From: Chloroflexota bacterium | GTDB lineage: Bacteria; Chloroflexota; Dehalococcoidia; Dehalococcoidales; UBA2162 | Reading direction: 5' to 3' | NCBI GenBank assembly: GCA_043812795.1 | Contig: JBDRLU010000042.1 | Coordinates: 13,903-77,902 of the forward strand | Length of the DNA stretch: 64,000 bases | Shown here: positions 37,074 through 46,047 of the stretch, piece by piece | Layout: each line of letters starts with the position of its first letter | Position numbering within the stretch: the stretch's first letter is position 1 | Notes under the pieces: model-generated | Told to the model about the DNA's origin: nothing | The model's input: the letters and a program-made list of their open reading frames with translations, nothing else | Database searches by the model: none | Made by a program: the position numbers and the translations under genes

Positions 37074-39260
37074 ATGGAACTTATTCCTACCGGCGGTTGC
37101 CACGACTGTGGCGCAAAATGCCCTTACAAAGTCTGGGTGGAAAATGGAGTTGCCAAACGCATCGAACCCTACGAAGATTTACGTCCCTGCATTCGTGGCT
37201 ATGCCTATCTGGAGCGGCTTTATTCACCCGAACGACTGAAGGCTCCCCTCAAACGGGTGGGGGAACGGGGCGAGGGTAAGTTCAAGGAAATATCCTGGGA
37301 TGAAGCCCTTGATACGGTGGCCGGTGAACTACTCCGCGTGAAGCAGACCTACGGCAATGCCGCCATCATGGGCGTGCTCGGCAGTGCTTATCAGGGCCAT
37401 CTGCATAACTCAGGGGTACTGCAACGGCTATTGAATATGTTCGGCGGCTACACCGGTCTCTGGGGGTCGATGTCCGCCGAGGCCAAAGCGGCCGCCTCCA
37501 CCATAACTTACGGCACTTTCAATACCGGTCACAGCCAGGACGACATTCTGGCGACGAAGCTGGTGGTGATGTTCGGAGCTAATCCGGCGGTAACGACCAA
37601 TGGTACCGATAGCACCTTCAGTCTCATTCGGGCCAAAGAAAAAGGTATCAGGTTCATTGCCTTCGACCCGCGTTACAGCAATTCCATCGCCATTCTGGCC
37701 GACCAGTGGATACCGATATATCCCGGCACGGATGCGGCAGTATTGCTGGCGATGGCCCATGTCATCATCACCGAAAACCTTTACGACCGCAAATTCCTCG
37801 ATACTTACACGGTTGGTTTTGATAAGTTTGCCGACTATGTTCTGGGTAAAGAAGATGGCCTGGCCAAGACGCCGGCCTGGGCGGAGCCGCTTACCGGGGT
37901 TGATGCTAAAGTAACCGAACAGGTAGCCCGCGAATATGCCACCAATAAGCCGGCAGTCATCCTTTCCGGGAATGCTCCCGGGCGTACGGCTTACGGCGAG
38001 CAGTTCCACCGGGCGACTCATGCTCTGGCGGCGATGACCGGTAATATCGGCGTCCATGGTGGCAGTCCGGCCGGCATGGGACGTCTGCCCGGCGGTGCTC
38101 CCGGCGAGAGGTTGAGCCTGGGACCTTCGCTGCCTACCGGCAAGAACGCCGTCGAAAAGGAAGACCTGGGACCGATGATGGGCAGCCCGGTGCTCGATTC
38201 CAACAAGAAGAACCGCTACCGGGTGAATTCCACCCAGGTGTGGGATGCCATTCTTAAGGGTAAGGCCGGCGGTTATCCCGCCGATATTAAATTACTGTAC
38301 GTCGTCATGCGTAATATCGTGAACCAGTACCCGAATACCAACAAGACCAGAGAGGCTCTCAAAAACGTGGAGTTTTTCGTCACTCACGACCAGTTTCTCA
38401 CACCCAGCGGTAAGTTTGCCGATATTATTTTACCGGTAACCACCCACTGGGAGAAGACTGATTTCCTGCGCTCGCACACGACCTATTTCATTCTGGCCAA
38501 TAAGGTCGTTAACCCCCTGCCCGGCAGCAAGAGCGACTTCGAAGTTTGTGCCGAACTGGCCAGGAGATTAGGCTTACCTGCCTACAGTACCAAGACGGAA
38601 GATGAATGGCTCAAAGAAATAATTGCCATGGGGCCGGATAGCTCTAAAGAGATTAAGGACTATGACCAGCTTAAGAAAGACGGGCTGCACCGGATGAAAC
38701 CGGTAGAACCCGTCGTGGCCTTCACGGAACAAATTAACGACCCCGAACATAACCGTTTCCCGACGCCATCAGGGAAAATCGAAATCTTCTCACAGCGGCT
38801 GGCTGACCTCAACAACCCGCTTACGCCACCGATTCCCAAATATATCCCGACCTGGGAAGGTAGAGAAGACCCGCTGTTCCAGCAGTACCCGCTGCAACTG
38901 GTCACTTTCCACGTTAAGACGAGGACTCATTCCACCTTCTATAATATCGCCTCGGTAAGAGAGCTGGACCATCGCACTACCCGCAGCGTCTGGATTAATC
39001 CGGTGGATGCGGAAAAGCGGGGCATTACCGATGGTGAAAAAGTCAGGGTCTTTAACGGACGCGGGGAGATGGTCATCGAGGCTTTTGTTACCAACCGGAT
39101 TATGCCCGGGGTGGTGGCTATCGGCGAAGGTTCCTGGTACCAGCCCGATGAAAACTGGCTCGACCATGGCGGTTGTGCTAACGTCCTGACTCGCGACCAA
39201 CCCTCGCCGATGGGGTCGCACGCGTCGAACACAAGTCTAGTCCAGGTGGAGAGGCGGTGA
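37074..39260 (+). CDS. DmsA-family molybdopterin oxidoreductase (alpha-2), no Tat signal
   Basis: Paralog of alpha-1 with a CHDCGAKCP...C motif and a DmsA-like C-terminus (SPMGSHASNTSLVQVE). ATG 37074 follows gaggggg. Confidence 0.85.
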   Translation: MELIPTGGCHDCGAKCPYKVWVENGVAKRIEPYEDLRPCIRGYAYLERLYSPERLKAPLKRVGERGEGKFKEISWDEALDTVAGELLRVKQTYGNAAIMGVLGSAYQGHLHNSGVLQRLLNMFGGYTGLWGSMSAEAKAAASTITYGTFNTGHSQDDILATKLVVMFGANPAVTTNGTDSTFSLIRAKEKGIRFIAFDPRYSNSIAILADQWIPIYPGTDAAVLLAMAHVIITENLYDRKFLDTYTVGFDKFADYVLGKEDGLAKTPAWAEPLTGVDAKVTEQVAREYATNKPAVILSGNAPGRTAYGEQFHRATHALAAMTGNIGVHGGSPAGMGRLPGGAPGERLSLGPSLPTGKNAVEKEDLGPMMGSPVLDSNKKNRYRVNSTQVWDAILKGKAGGYPADIKLLYVVMRNIVNQYPNTNKTREALKNVEFFVTHDQFLTPSGKFADIILPVTTHWEKTDFLRSHTTYFILANKVVNPLPGSKSDFEVCAELARRLGLPAYSTKTEDEWLKEIIAMGPDSSKEIKDYDQLKKDGLHRMKPVEPVVAFTEQINDPEHNRFPTPSGKIEIFSQRLADLNNPLTPPIPKYIPTWEGREDPLFQQYPLQLVTFHVKTRTHSTFYNIASVRELDHRTTRSVWINPVDAEKRGITDGEKVRVFNGRGEMVIEAFVTNRIMPGVVAIGEGSWYQPDENWLDHGGCANVLTRDQPSPMGSHASNTSLVQVERR

Positions 39261-39263
39261 AAT

Positions 39264-39842
39264 ATGCAACGAGGATTTTACTTCGACCAATCACGGTGCT
39301 CGGGTTGCGATGCCTGTACGGTAGCCTGCAAACAGTGGCATAACCATGACCGGCAGGTAGCTAACTGGAGGTGGTTGACGACCCTGGAGGAAGGCAAGTT
39401 TCCCGATGTATCGGTATCCTTTCTTACCCTGACCTGCCTGCACTGTGCTCATCCCGCCTGCATTGAGGCCTGTCCGGCCAATGCCATCACCAAAAGAAAA
39501 GAAGATGGGGTGGTATTGGTTGACCAGAATAAATGCCTCGGTAAAGAAGCCTGCGGGTCGCTGTGCCTGGAAGCCTGTTCCTACCAGGCCCCGAAGTTCG
39601 GCACCGAGGCTAATGCCAAAATGGAAAAATGCGATTTCTGTCTCGACCGCATCGACGCTGGTCAGGAACCGATGTGTGTCAGTGCTTGTCCCTTACGGGC
39701 GCTGGACGCCGGACCTCTGGACGAACTGAAAAAGAAGTATGGCACTCTGTCCAAGGTGCCGGGATTTGTTCCCGATGCCAAACTAGGGCCGGCCATTGTG
39801 TTTAAAGCGAAATCAGTTCCAGCTAAATCAAAGAGGAGGTAA
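39264..39842 (+). CDS. DmsB-like four-cluster Fe-S subunit (beta-2)
   Basis: 192 aa paralog of beta-1 with the same atypical third motif, CLGKEACGSLCLEACS. Confidence 0.85.
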   Translation: MQRGFYFDQSRCSGCDACTVACKQWHNHDRQVANWRWLTTLEEGKFPDVSVSFLTLTCLHCAHPACIEACPANAITKRKEDGVVLVDQNKCLGKEACGSLCLEACSYQAPKFGTEANAKMEKCDFCLDRIDAGQEPMCVSACPLRALDAGPLDELKKKYGTLSKVPGFVPDAKLGPAIVFKAKSVPAKSKRR

Positions 39843-39845
39843 TCC

Positions 39846-41468
39846 ATGAAGAACATCGTCGTCGCGCCACAGCCAAGGGCGGTCGAAGCCGGTATCGAGA
39901 TGTACCGGAAAGGCGGCAATGCCATCGATGCCGCTGTTGCCACCGGCTTTGCCCAGGGTGTCATCGACCCCACCAATACCTCCCTCGGTGGCATGGGTGT
40001 CCTCTCCATCTATCATGCCAAGTCCGGCGACCGGACGATGATTTCTTTTCATGGTAAAGCACCCCTCAATGCCACGCCGACGATGTTCGAGCCGATACCT
40101 GGACAGGTAGACGGCCCGATGTCCACCGGCACCTGGCTGGTCAAAGACTATGCCAATCAACTGGGTTACAAATCTATCACCGTACCCGGTGATTCGATGG
40201 CGCTGTGCCAGGCCCTCGCTAAATACGGCACCATACCCCTCAAGGAAGTGCTCCAGCCGGCGATAAGATATGCTAACGAAGGCTGGCGGGTAGGCGCCGA
40301 GCAGCGTCAGGGCTGGCTCCGTCCGACGCCGAGCGGCCGGCTGGATATTCTCACCCGCTTCCGGGCCACGCCGCCGGGGGCCAAACTTTACACCAAGAAT
40401 AATGGCCAGCCCCTCGATGTCGGCGACCTGGTGGTCAATAAAGACCTGGGTAATACCCTCAGCAAGATTGCCGAAGGCGGGGCGGATGTCTTCTACAAGG
40501 GTGAGATTGCCCGGACTATCGCCGATGATTTCAAGAAGCACGGCGGGCTGATTACCGAAAAAGACTTAAACCAGTACCAGACAAGGATAGAGTCGCCGCT
40601 GAAATCTACTTACCGCGGGTATGATTTGACCTCTTCGACACCACCGGCGGGCGGTCTGGTCGTCCTGCAGATGCTCAATATCCTCGAGGGCTTCGAGTTG
40701 AGCAAGATGGACCCGATGAGCGTCGAGTACGTCCATTTGCTGGCAGAAACGATGCGCCTTGCCTATTACGATATGAACCGTTACTTGGGCGACCCGGCCT
40801 TCGTCAAAATCCCGCTGGACAGGCTGCTCTCCAAGGAATACGCCGCCGAGTGCCGTAAGAAAATCAATCCGAACCAGAGAATGGAACTGCCCAAGATAGA
40901 TGAAGCTCCATCGGGGGAGACCACCCAGGTCACGGCCGTGGACGCTCAGGGCAACGCCGTTTCCCTGACCCACACGCTGGGGGCGGTTTCCGGTGTGGTC
41001 ACTGCCGGACTGGGCTTCATGTATAACGGCGCCATGCACCGCTTTAATCCCAATCCCGGTTTTGCTAATTCCATTGTCCCCGGCAAGAGCCGCGTCACCG
41101 GCATGTCCACGACCATGGTCTTCAAAGATGGCAAGCTGTTCATGTGCCTCGGCGCCCCGGGCGGACAGTCAATCATTTTGGGGGTTTTCCAGACTATCCT
41201 CAATGTTATCGACCACAAGATTAGTGTCCTCGAGGCGGTCTCCGTGCCGCGCTTCCACTGCGAAGGCGGTGCCATCACTCTGGAAAATAGATATCCCTCC
41301 TCGCTGTTAGACGAACTGAAGAAAAAGGGCCATCCCGTCGCCCAGAGTATGTACAGCTATGACGGCCAGCTCTCCGGTAACGTCCATGCCGTCGTCATCG
41401 ACCGGGCGGCTGATAAACTCACCGGTGCCGCTGACCCGCGCTCGCCGGGCACCGCGATGTATTATTAA
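39846..41468 (+). CDS. ggt: gamma-glutamyltransferase family protein, no signal peptide
   Basis: 540 aa with GGNAIDAAVA and the autoprocessing/catalytic Thr region GETTQVTAVD. Starts 3 nt after beta-2. Confidence 0.85.
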   Translation: MKNIVVAPQPRAVEAGIEMYRKGGNAIDAAVATGFAQGVIDPTNTSLGGMGVLSIYHAKSGDRTMISFHGKAPLNATPTMFEPIPGQVDGPMSTGTWLVKDYANQLGYKSITVPGDSMALCQALAKYGTIPLKEVLQPAIRYANEGWRVGAEQRQGWLRPTPSGRLDILTRFRATPPGAKLYTKNNGQPLDVGDLVVNKDLGNTLSKIAEGGADVFYKGEIARTIADDFKKHGGLITEKDLNQYQTRIESPLKSTYRGYDLTSSTPPAGGLVVLQMLNILEGFELSKMDPMSVEYVHLLAETMRLAYYDMNRYLGDPAFVKIPLDRLLSKEYAAECRKKINPNQRMELPKIDEAPSGETTQVTAVDAQGNAVSLTHTLGAVSGVVTAGLGFMYNGAMHRFNPNPGFANSIVPGKSRVTGMSTTMVFKDGKLFMCLGAPGGQSIILGVFQTILNVIDHKISVLEAVSVPRFHCEGGAITLENRYPSSLLDELKKKGHPVAQSMYSYDGQLSGNVHAVVIDRAADKLTGAADPRSPGTAMYY

Positions 41469-41476
41469 GAAAATAC

Positions 41477-41547
41477 CCCATCCCCCTGTCCCCCTTCCCC
41501 TAGTAGGGGAAGGGGGTAAAATTTTAAAAAGAGGGCTACACCCTCTT
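41477..41547. repeat. intergenic repeat, family A variant (inverted order of the two hairpins)
   Basis: cccccttcccctagtaggggaaggggg followed by aagagggctacaccctctt. Confidence 0.4.
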
Positions 41548-41862
41548 AAACACCTGGTTTCCAACAGACCCGCCTACGTATCTTCACCCTTCGCAACCGT
41601 CCCGAGGTCGCTTAGCACTTCTATATCGACTTTCGTCGGTTCAGGGTAGTCCCGCTGTTAGCTTATCCCACCACACGTATCTCCCAGAACAAGGAAATTT
41701 AACGTAACGTTAATACTGTTTTCACGTTATTTTAATGTACAGTTGCTAATATATATTTTTCCAAGAGTTTTCCTCTGTGACAATAGTCACATACAATGAG
41801 TCAGCCCCACCCTATACTGGGGTCAGTAGCTGAAAGGTTGGAGTACTGACAGGAGGGCAAAG

Positions 41863-42096
41863 ATGGTAAGAGAAGGATTTGTACCAAAGCATTGCCCGCG
41901 CTGTGGCGGAAATATGTACCTTGAAAAAGACCATGAGGAGTGGTACGAACGCTGCCTTATGTGTGGTTATTACCGGGTACTCAGAGTACTGGTCACGGCT
42001 GAAAAGGGAGCCGGCGCATCAGAATCGGGAGAAGCCGGGGTAAGTACCAAAGATAACCTGACTGAAAAACGGAAAAAGGTGCCTGCCAGGAAATGA
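41863..42096 (+). CDS. small zinc-ribbon protein
   Basis: 77 aa with CPRCGG...17 aa...CLMCGY. RBS caggaggg. Confidence 0.45.
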   Translation: MVREGFVPKHCPRCGGNMYLEKDHEEWYERCLMCGYYRVLRVLVTAEKGAGASESGEAGVSTKDNLTEKRKKVPARK

Positions 42097-42135
42097 AACC
42101 TACGGTGCTTTCCGTACCTTTCCAGGACTGCTACA

Positions 42136-42576
42136 ATGTGTTTGATGGCAGATACTTCCGGTCAGAGTCCGGCACGAGGCACACTGGTCTGTTTCCGGTG
42201 TGGAGCGTGCTGTAGTGATTTTCAACCTGCCCTGAGCGTTGCCGAAGCGAGGCGGATTAGCGATGCCTTGGGTCTGGGATGGGTTAAGTTCCTTGACCAC
42301 TATACTGACTCACGCTGGGTCGGTGATACCTTTCTTCTCCGGCAGCGCCACGGCAGCTGCGTCTTTCTCGAGCGACACGAAGGTAGTGCCCTGAGTACTT
42401 GCCTCATTGAGCCCTTTAAGCCTTCCGCCTGTCGGGACTGGATGCCGGGGTGGGAAAAAACGGAATGCCGTAAAGGGTTAGCCCGGTACTGGGAACTGAC
42501 CGCGGACTGTTCCGGGAAGCTCCAGGGCCCTGAGGAAAAAATCAGACAATTTCAGTCTTTTCTGGAACAATTATAG
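42136..42576 (+). CDS. YkgJ-type cysteine-cluster protein (paralog of 768..1250)
   Basis: 146 aa with CFRCGACC, and alignable along its length with the first copy (AEARRI.D.LGL, GLARYW). Confidence 0.65.
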   Translation: MCLMADTSGQSPARGTLVCFRCGACCSDFQPALSVAEARRISDALGLGWVKFLDHYTDSRWVGDTFLLRQRHGSCVFLERHEGSALSTCLIEPFKPSACRDWMPGWEKTECRKGLARYWELTADCSGKLQGPEEKIRQFQSFLEQL

Positions 42577-42662
42577 AGCCGTCAGCTTTAAACTATTTAT
42601 TTCCATTCCGACGACACGTCGTCCTTTAGCGAAAAGACGTCTTGCAATGACAATTGTAAGGA

Positions 42663-42750
42663 GTTGCTAGAAGAGGGCGAAGCCCTCTTATTCTTATTTC
42701 CCCCTCTCCTTTTAGGAGAGGGTTCACCCTGAAGGGATTAAGGGTGAGGT
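42663..42750. repeat. intergenic repeat, family A
   Basis: The first ~60 nt (42663-42722) match 44598-44658 with one mismatch plus a 1-nt length difference in the terminal G run. Hairpins are agagggcgaagccctct and ccctctccttttaggagaggg. Confidence 0.65.
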
Positions 42751-42904
42751 CGGACTATAAAGAAGTGCCAGAAGGAGAACAGCAAAGTCGGCTTTTAAAG
42801 TCGCCGAAAAAGAGATAATTGAAAACCAACCGAAAACGATACTCAAACTGGACAATTGGTCAGAATACGAATATAATCTGATAGTCTGAGGAGGTTTTTA
42901 CGAT

Positions 42905-43198
42905 ATGCCCATCTATGAATATGAATGTCAGGCTTGCTCCTGCCGCTTCGAAGTCAGACAGAGCTTTGGTGATGATTCCGAAGCCATCTGTCCCCGCTGC
43001 AAGGGTAAGGCCCGGCGAACGTTTTCACCTGTCCCGGTTATTTTCAAAGGGTCAGGATTTTACAGCACAGACCATCGGAAAGGTAAGGCGGAACCGACCG
43101 CCAAGGACATGGACAAAGCAGCCGAAGTGGACAAGCTAGCCAAATCTCTCGAAGATAAAGGGGATACGGCGAGTGAAGCCAAACCTAAGGCCGGTTGA
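42905..43198 (+). CDS. FmdB-family (CxxC_CxxC_SSSS) zinc-ribbon protein
   Basis: MPIYEYECQACSCRFE...CPRCKG signature. 97 aa. RBS gaggagg. Confidence 0.8.
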   Translation: MPIYEYECQACSCRFEVRQSFGDDSEAICPRCKGKARRTFSPVPVIFKGSGFYSTDHRKGKAEPTAKDMDKAAEVDKLAKSLEDKGDTASEAKPKAG

Positions 43199-43313
43199 TA
43201 GATATTCCTCGAATTGCTGATAGCATTTCATCACCAACCAGATGATAGAATAAATCGGGAACACACCGTAAGGTCTCTCCCGGCGAGGGAAGGCTTCGGA
43301 AGGGAGTTGTGCT

Positions 43314-43484
43314 GTGGAAGCATGTACCAAACGAATCTACTGTGCCGATTGCCAGAGGCTGGTTAAGTGCCGGCAAGAACAGGTCAGTGGCAAAGACTCT
43401 GTATTATGCTCCCGGTGCGGCCGTCTGCTCTGGGTTCACGAGCCTACCGGTTGGAAGTACGCTGCGAAAGCGGCTGGCAGTTAA
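43314..43484 (+). CDS. candidate 56 aa zinc-ribbon protein not in the ORF track
   Basis: My own translation from GTG 43314 gives MEACTKRIYCADCQRLVKCRQEQVSGKDSVLCSRCGRLLWVHEPTGWKYAAKAAGS. The CxxC pairs are 18 aa apart, and ggaaggga lies upstream. Confidence 0.3.
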   Translation: MEACTKRIYCADCQRLVKCRQEQVSGKDSVLCSRCGRLLWVHEPTGWKYAAKAAGS

Positions 43485-43525
43485 TCCCTGGACTAGACAA
43501 GATTCCGGTTTAGGAGGGCAGGCTA

Positions 43526-44410
43526 ATGTATCAGCGGATACTGGTGCCGTTGGACGGCTCTCGTGCCGCCGAAGTCGTTCTTCCCTATGCCGAGGAAATC
43601 GTCACTAAAACCGGGGCCGAAATCATCCTGGTCAGCGTTTCTGAAACGAAGACTACCGATATCGACCATCTTTATCGTTCCTATCTTGAGCGTGTCACCG
43701 AGCAGGTACACGACCGGCTCAAAAGCTATGGCGCCAAAGAGACGAAAGTTAGGACCAAAGTCCTTATCGGCAAACCGGCTAATGAAATCGTAAGTTGTGC
43801 CGATGAGAATGACGTCGACCTGATTGCTCTGGCCAGCCATGGAGGTTCAGCGCAGGGGTCATGGCTATTAGGTGCTATCGCCGGTAGGGTGCTCAGGGTA
43901 GCCGCAAGGCCGGTGCTGCTGGTCAGGACTCCCGCCAGCGCTACCGCCCGTAAAGAGAAGCGACTGGTAAAGAAGATTCTGGTGCCCCTCGATGGGTCTA
44001 AAGCCGGCGAGTCGGCCTTGCCGTGTCTCGAAATGCTGGCGCCGTCATTAGGTGCCGAACTGGTGCTGTTCCAGGTAGTGCGGCCAATCACTGTCTGGGC
44101 CGGAGTCGAGGGCGGGGCCGCTTACGTCGTGCCCCAGGATGAGGACACTCTGAAGTCCTCGGCACTGGAGTATCTTAACGGCATTGGCAAACAGCTACAG
44201 GAAAAAGGGCTGCGCACATCGAGTATCGTCGTTCTGGGTGCTCCCGCCGAGCAAATTCTCGATTATGCTGCCAGTAATACTATCGACCTTATTGCCATGG
44301 CCACTCATGGCCGGTCGGGTATCGGGCGGTGGGTCTTCGGTAGCGTTACCGACAAGATACTCCATGCCGGCGATACGGCCGTCCTGGTCGTCCGTTCGGT
44401 TAAGACATAA
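43526..44410 (+). CDS. tandem-domain universal stress protein
   Basis: 294 aa with two UspA-like halves (ILVPLDGS..., HGRSGIGRWVFGSVT). Confidence 0.85.
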   Translation: MYQRILVPLDGSRAAEVVLPYAEEIVTKTGAEIILVSVSETKTTDIDHLYRSYLERVTEQVHDRLKSYGAKETKVRTKVLIGKPANEIVSCADENDVDLIALASHGGSAQGSWLLGAIAGRVLRVAARPVLLVRTPASATARKEKRLVKKILVPLDGSKAGESALPCLEMLAPSLGAELVLFQVVRPITVWAGVEGGAAYVVPQDEDTLKSSALEYLNGIGKQLQEKGLRTSSIVVLGAPAEQILDYAASNTIDLIAMATHGRSGIGRWVFGSVTDKILHAGDTAVLVVRSVKT

Positions 44411-44442
44411 TACCCCTTACGAACACCTGTTATAATTATCCG

Positions 44443-44497
44443 CTCGTGGTGAGCTTGTCGAACCACGAGTCACCCTTCGACAGGCTTAGGGTGAACG
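44443..44497. repeat. hairpin element, family C (ctcgtggtgagcttgtcgaaccacgag...cttagggtgaacg)
   Basis: 7 bp stem ctcgtgg/ccacgag plus a conserved-looking tail. Single copy in this window. Confidence 0.3.
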
Positions 44498-44597
44498 TGA
44501 ACTATAAACAAGAGAAGAGATTTTTAAAGAGAAAGGGCGTGTGCCTCTTCTTTTACTATAGTCCTATTTGGTTTCGGTTGAGGGTAACTCAATAGAA

Positions 44598-44676
44598 GTT
44601 GTTAGAAGAGGGCGAAGCCCTCTTATTCTTATTTCCCCCTCTCCTTTTAGGAGAGGGGTTAGGGGTGAGGTGAGAG
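44598..44676. repeat. intergenic repeat, family A
   Basis: Near-identical to 42663-42722 over ~60 nt, then diverges (ggttaggggtgaggtgagag). Confidence 0.65.
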
Positions 44677-44725
44677 ATTGGCGAATAGGTTTACCACCGG
44701 CGTCGGTTCGACCAGCAACATTCGA

Positions 44726-45607
44726 TTACAGTTTTTCCAGCAGCCGGTACATATTGCGGTAGGCTTTAGCGAAGTCCGGGTCGATCCGCTTCATTTTCCC
44801 GCTTAAATCTTTCATGCGGTCGATAAATTGCCGCTCGTCTTTGTTCTTGACGATATCAGTCCAGAGTGCGGTGTTTTTCTGGAACCGGCCTTCGATTTCA
44901 GCCAGCCTGGGCAGGTGCATCTGCAATGACGCGTAAAGCTCGGGGTCTTCCAGCAGGACGCTTTTAGCCAGGGTGACCAGCAATTTGTACGTGCTGCCGC
45001 CGATAGCTTCTCTTTCCTTCGCTTTACCCAGATTGAGCAGCGTATCGGCGGAGACGATGGCGATAAAATGGGCCAGTCCGAGGACAACAGCCATCATCTC
45101 ATCGTGTTCCTGCGGGCTCATCAGGGTCACGCTGGCGCCGCGCTGTTCCAGGTAGGCCTTGATTTTTTCGGCCAGAGTTGCTTCCATATCGTTGGTCGGG
45201 GTCAGGACGAAGTTTTTCCGGACGATACTCCGGGCACCGGGACCGAAAAGGGGATGGACGCCCAGCACCAGACCGCTCTTGACATAACGGTGCATTATTT
45301 CTACCGGGGATGTCTTGACGGAAGTGATATCGATGACTATCTGTTGGGGCTTGAAGTAAGGCCGTAGCTCTTTGACCACGGCCTCGAAATTATCCATCGG
45401 TACAGAAAGGACGACGACGTCGGCGGTCTTAATGGCTTCGCTGTTCGAGGCAATGGCCACGCCCAGCTCTTTCCCCGCCTCCTCGAGTTTTTGCTGGTTG
45501 CGGCCGGTGATAACCACTTCCATACCCTCTTTCAGAAGGAAACTGGCCGACCACCGCCCCATCTTCCCCGACCCGCCGATGATAGCCACTTTCATACGTT
45601 TTTTCAT
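44726..45607 (-). CDS. tyrA: prephenate dehydrogenase
   Basis: 293 aa with MKVAIIGGSGKMG Rossmann motif and TyrA-like sequence. Confidence 0.85.
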   Translation of the reverse strand: MKKRMKVAIIGGSGKMGRWSASFLLKEGMEVVITGRNQQKLEEAGKELGVAIASNSEAIKTADVVVLSVPMDNFEAVVKELRPYFKPQQIVIDITSVKTSPVEIMHRYVKSGLVLGVHPLFGPGARSIVRKNFVLTPTNDMEATLAEKIKAYLEQRGASVTLMSPQEHDEMMAVVLGLAHFIAIVSADTLLNLGKAKEREAIGGSTYKLLVTLAKSVLLEDPELYASLQMHLPRLAEIEGRFQKNTALWTDIVKNKDERQFIDRMKDLSGKMKRIDPDFAKAYRNMYRLLEKL

Positions 45608-46047
45608 AGTGTGACCATTTTAACCTTATCGGCTAGGTTTTGGCTAGTAGCCCTGCCGGTTTTTGCTCTGTTGGCACAGTGGAGAACTATGCTTATAATA
45701 CACGTATAGGGAGAGGTGCCAGACAGAATAAAATGACAAAACCATTGATAAAGAAGTACGCTGTTCGTCCCACTCTTGAATCATCCTACGCGGCAATTGC
45801 CAAAGACAGAAAGCGAGAGAAAGAGGCTATAGAATAGGCTGAGATTGCTTTCCAGGAATCGTGCTGCACAAAATTGAGGAAGCTATCAAAATACAACATG
45901 ATATTTGTTAGAAAACTGATGCAGTTCTAATAGGCTAGGTGGTTTTCTTATACTTTAACACCTACGTCAGACGCGTTAGGTTTGACACGTTAGATATAAA
46001 GACTTAAGCTAATAATCGAAATATAACACTATAGGTTACTGCGGGAA

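Noticed and set aside
28608-39260. Possible selenocysteine (in-frame TGA) or Tat signal peptides in the three molybdopterin enzymes.
   Set aside because: All three ORFs are uninterrupted, with no in-frame TGA. Their N-termini begin within ~10-25 residues of the Fe-S motif and have no RRxF(L/I)K sequence. The upstream frames are closed.
41548-41862. ~315 nt gene-free region after ggt, examined on both strands for a riboswitch, SRP RNA, 6S RNA or tmRNA.
   Set aside because: I could not recognise conserved cores of any RNA family (B12 box, Moco, ydaO, SRP domain IV, tmRNA tag region). Only short local hairpins and palindromes are present.
43309-43608. 99 aa ORF between the FmdB gene and usp.
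   Set aside because: It has no motifs and runs into the usp start. A different frame of the same DNA gives a clean CxxC...CxxC zinc-ribbon peptide with an RBS, which I reported instead at low confidence.
45733-45837. Short ORF MTKPLIKKYAVRPTLESSYAAIAKDRKREKEAIE* whose stop (TAG) is followed in frame by AEIAFQES. It could be a nonsense-mutated (TGG to TAG) antitoxin fragment at the islet edge.
   Set aside because: The resemblance to antitoxin C-termini is only a vague memory of an ...EAxEWAE... motif. I cannot name the family or support it without a profile search.
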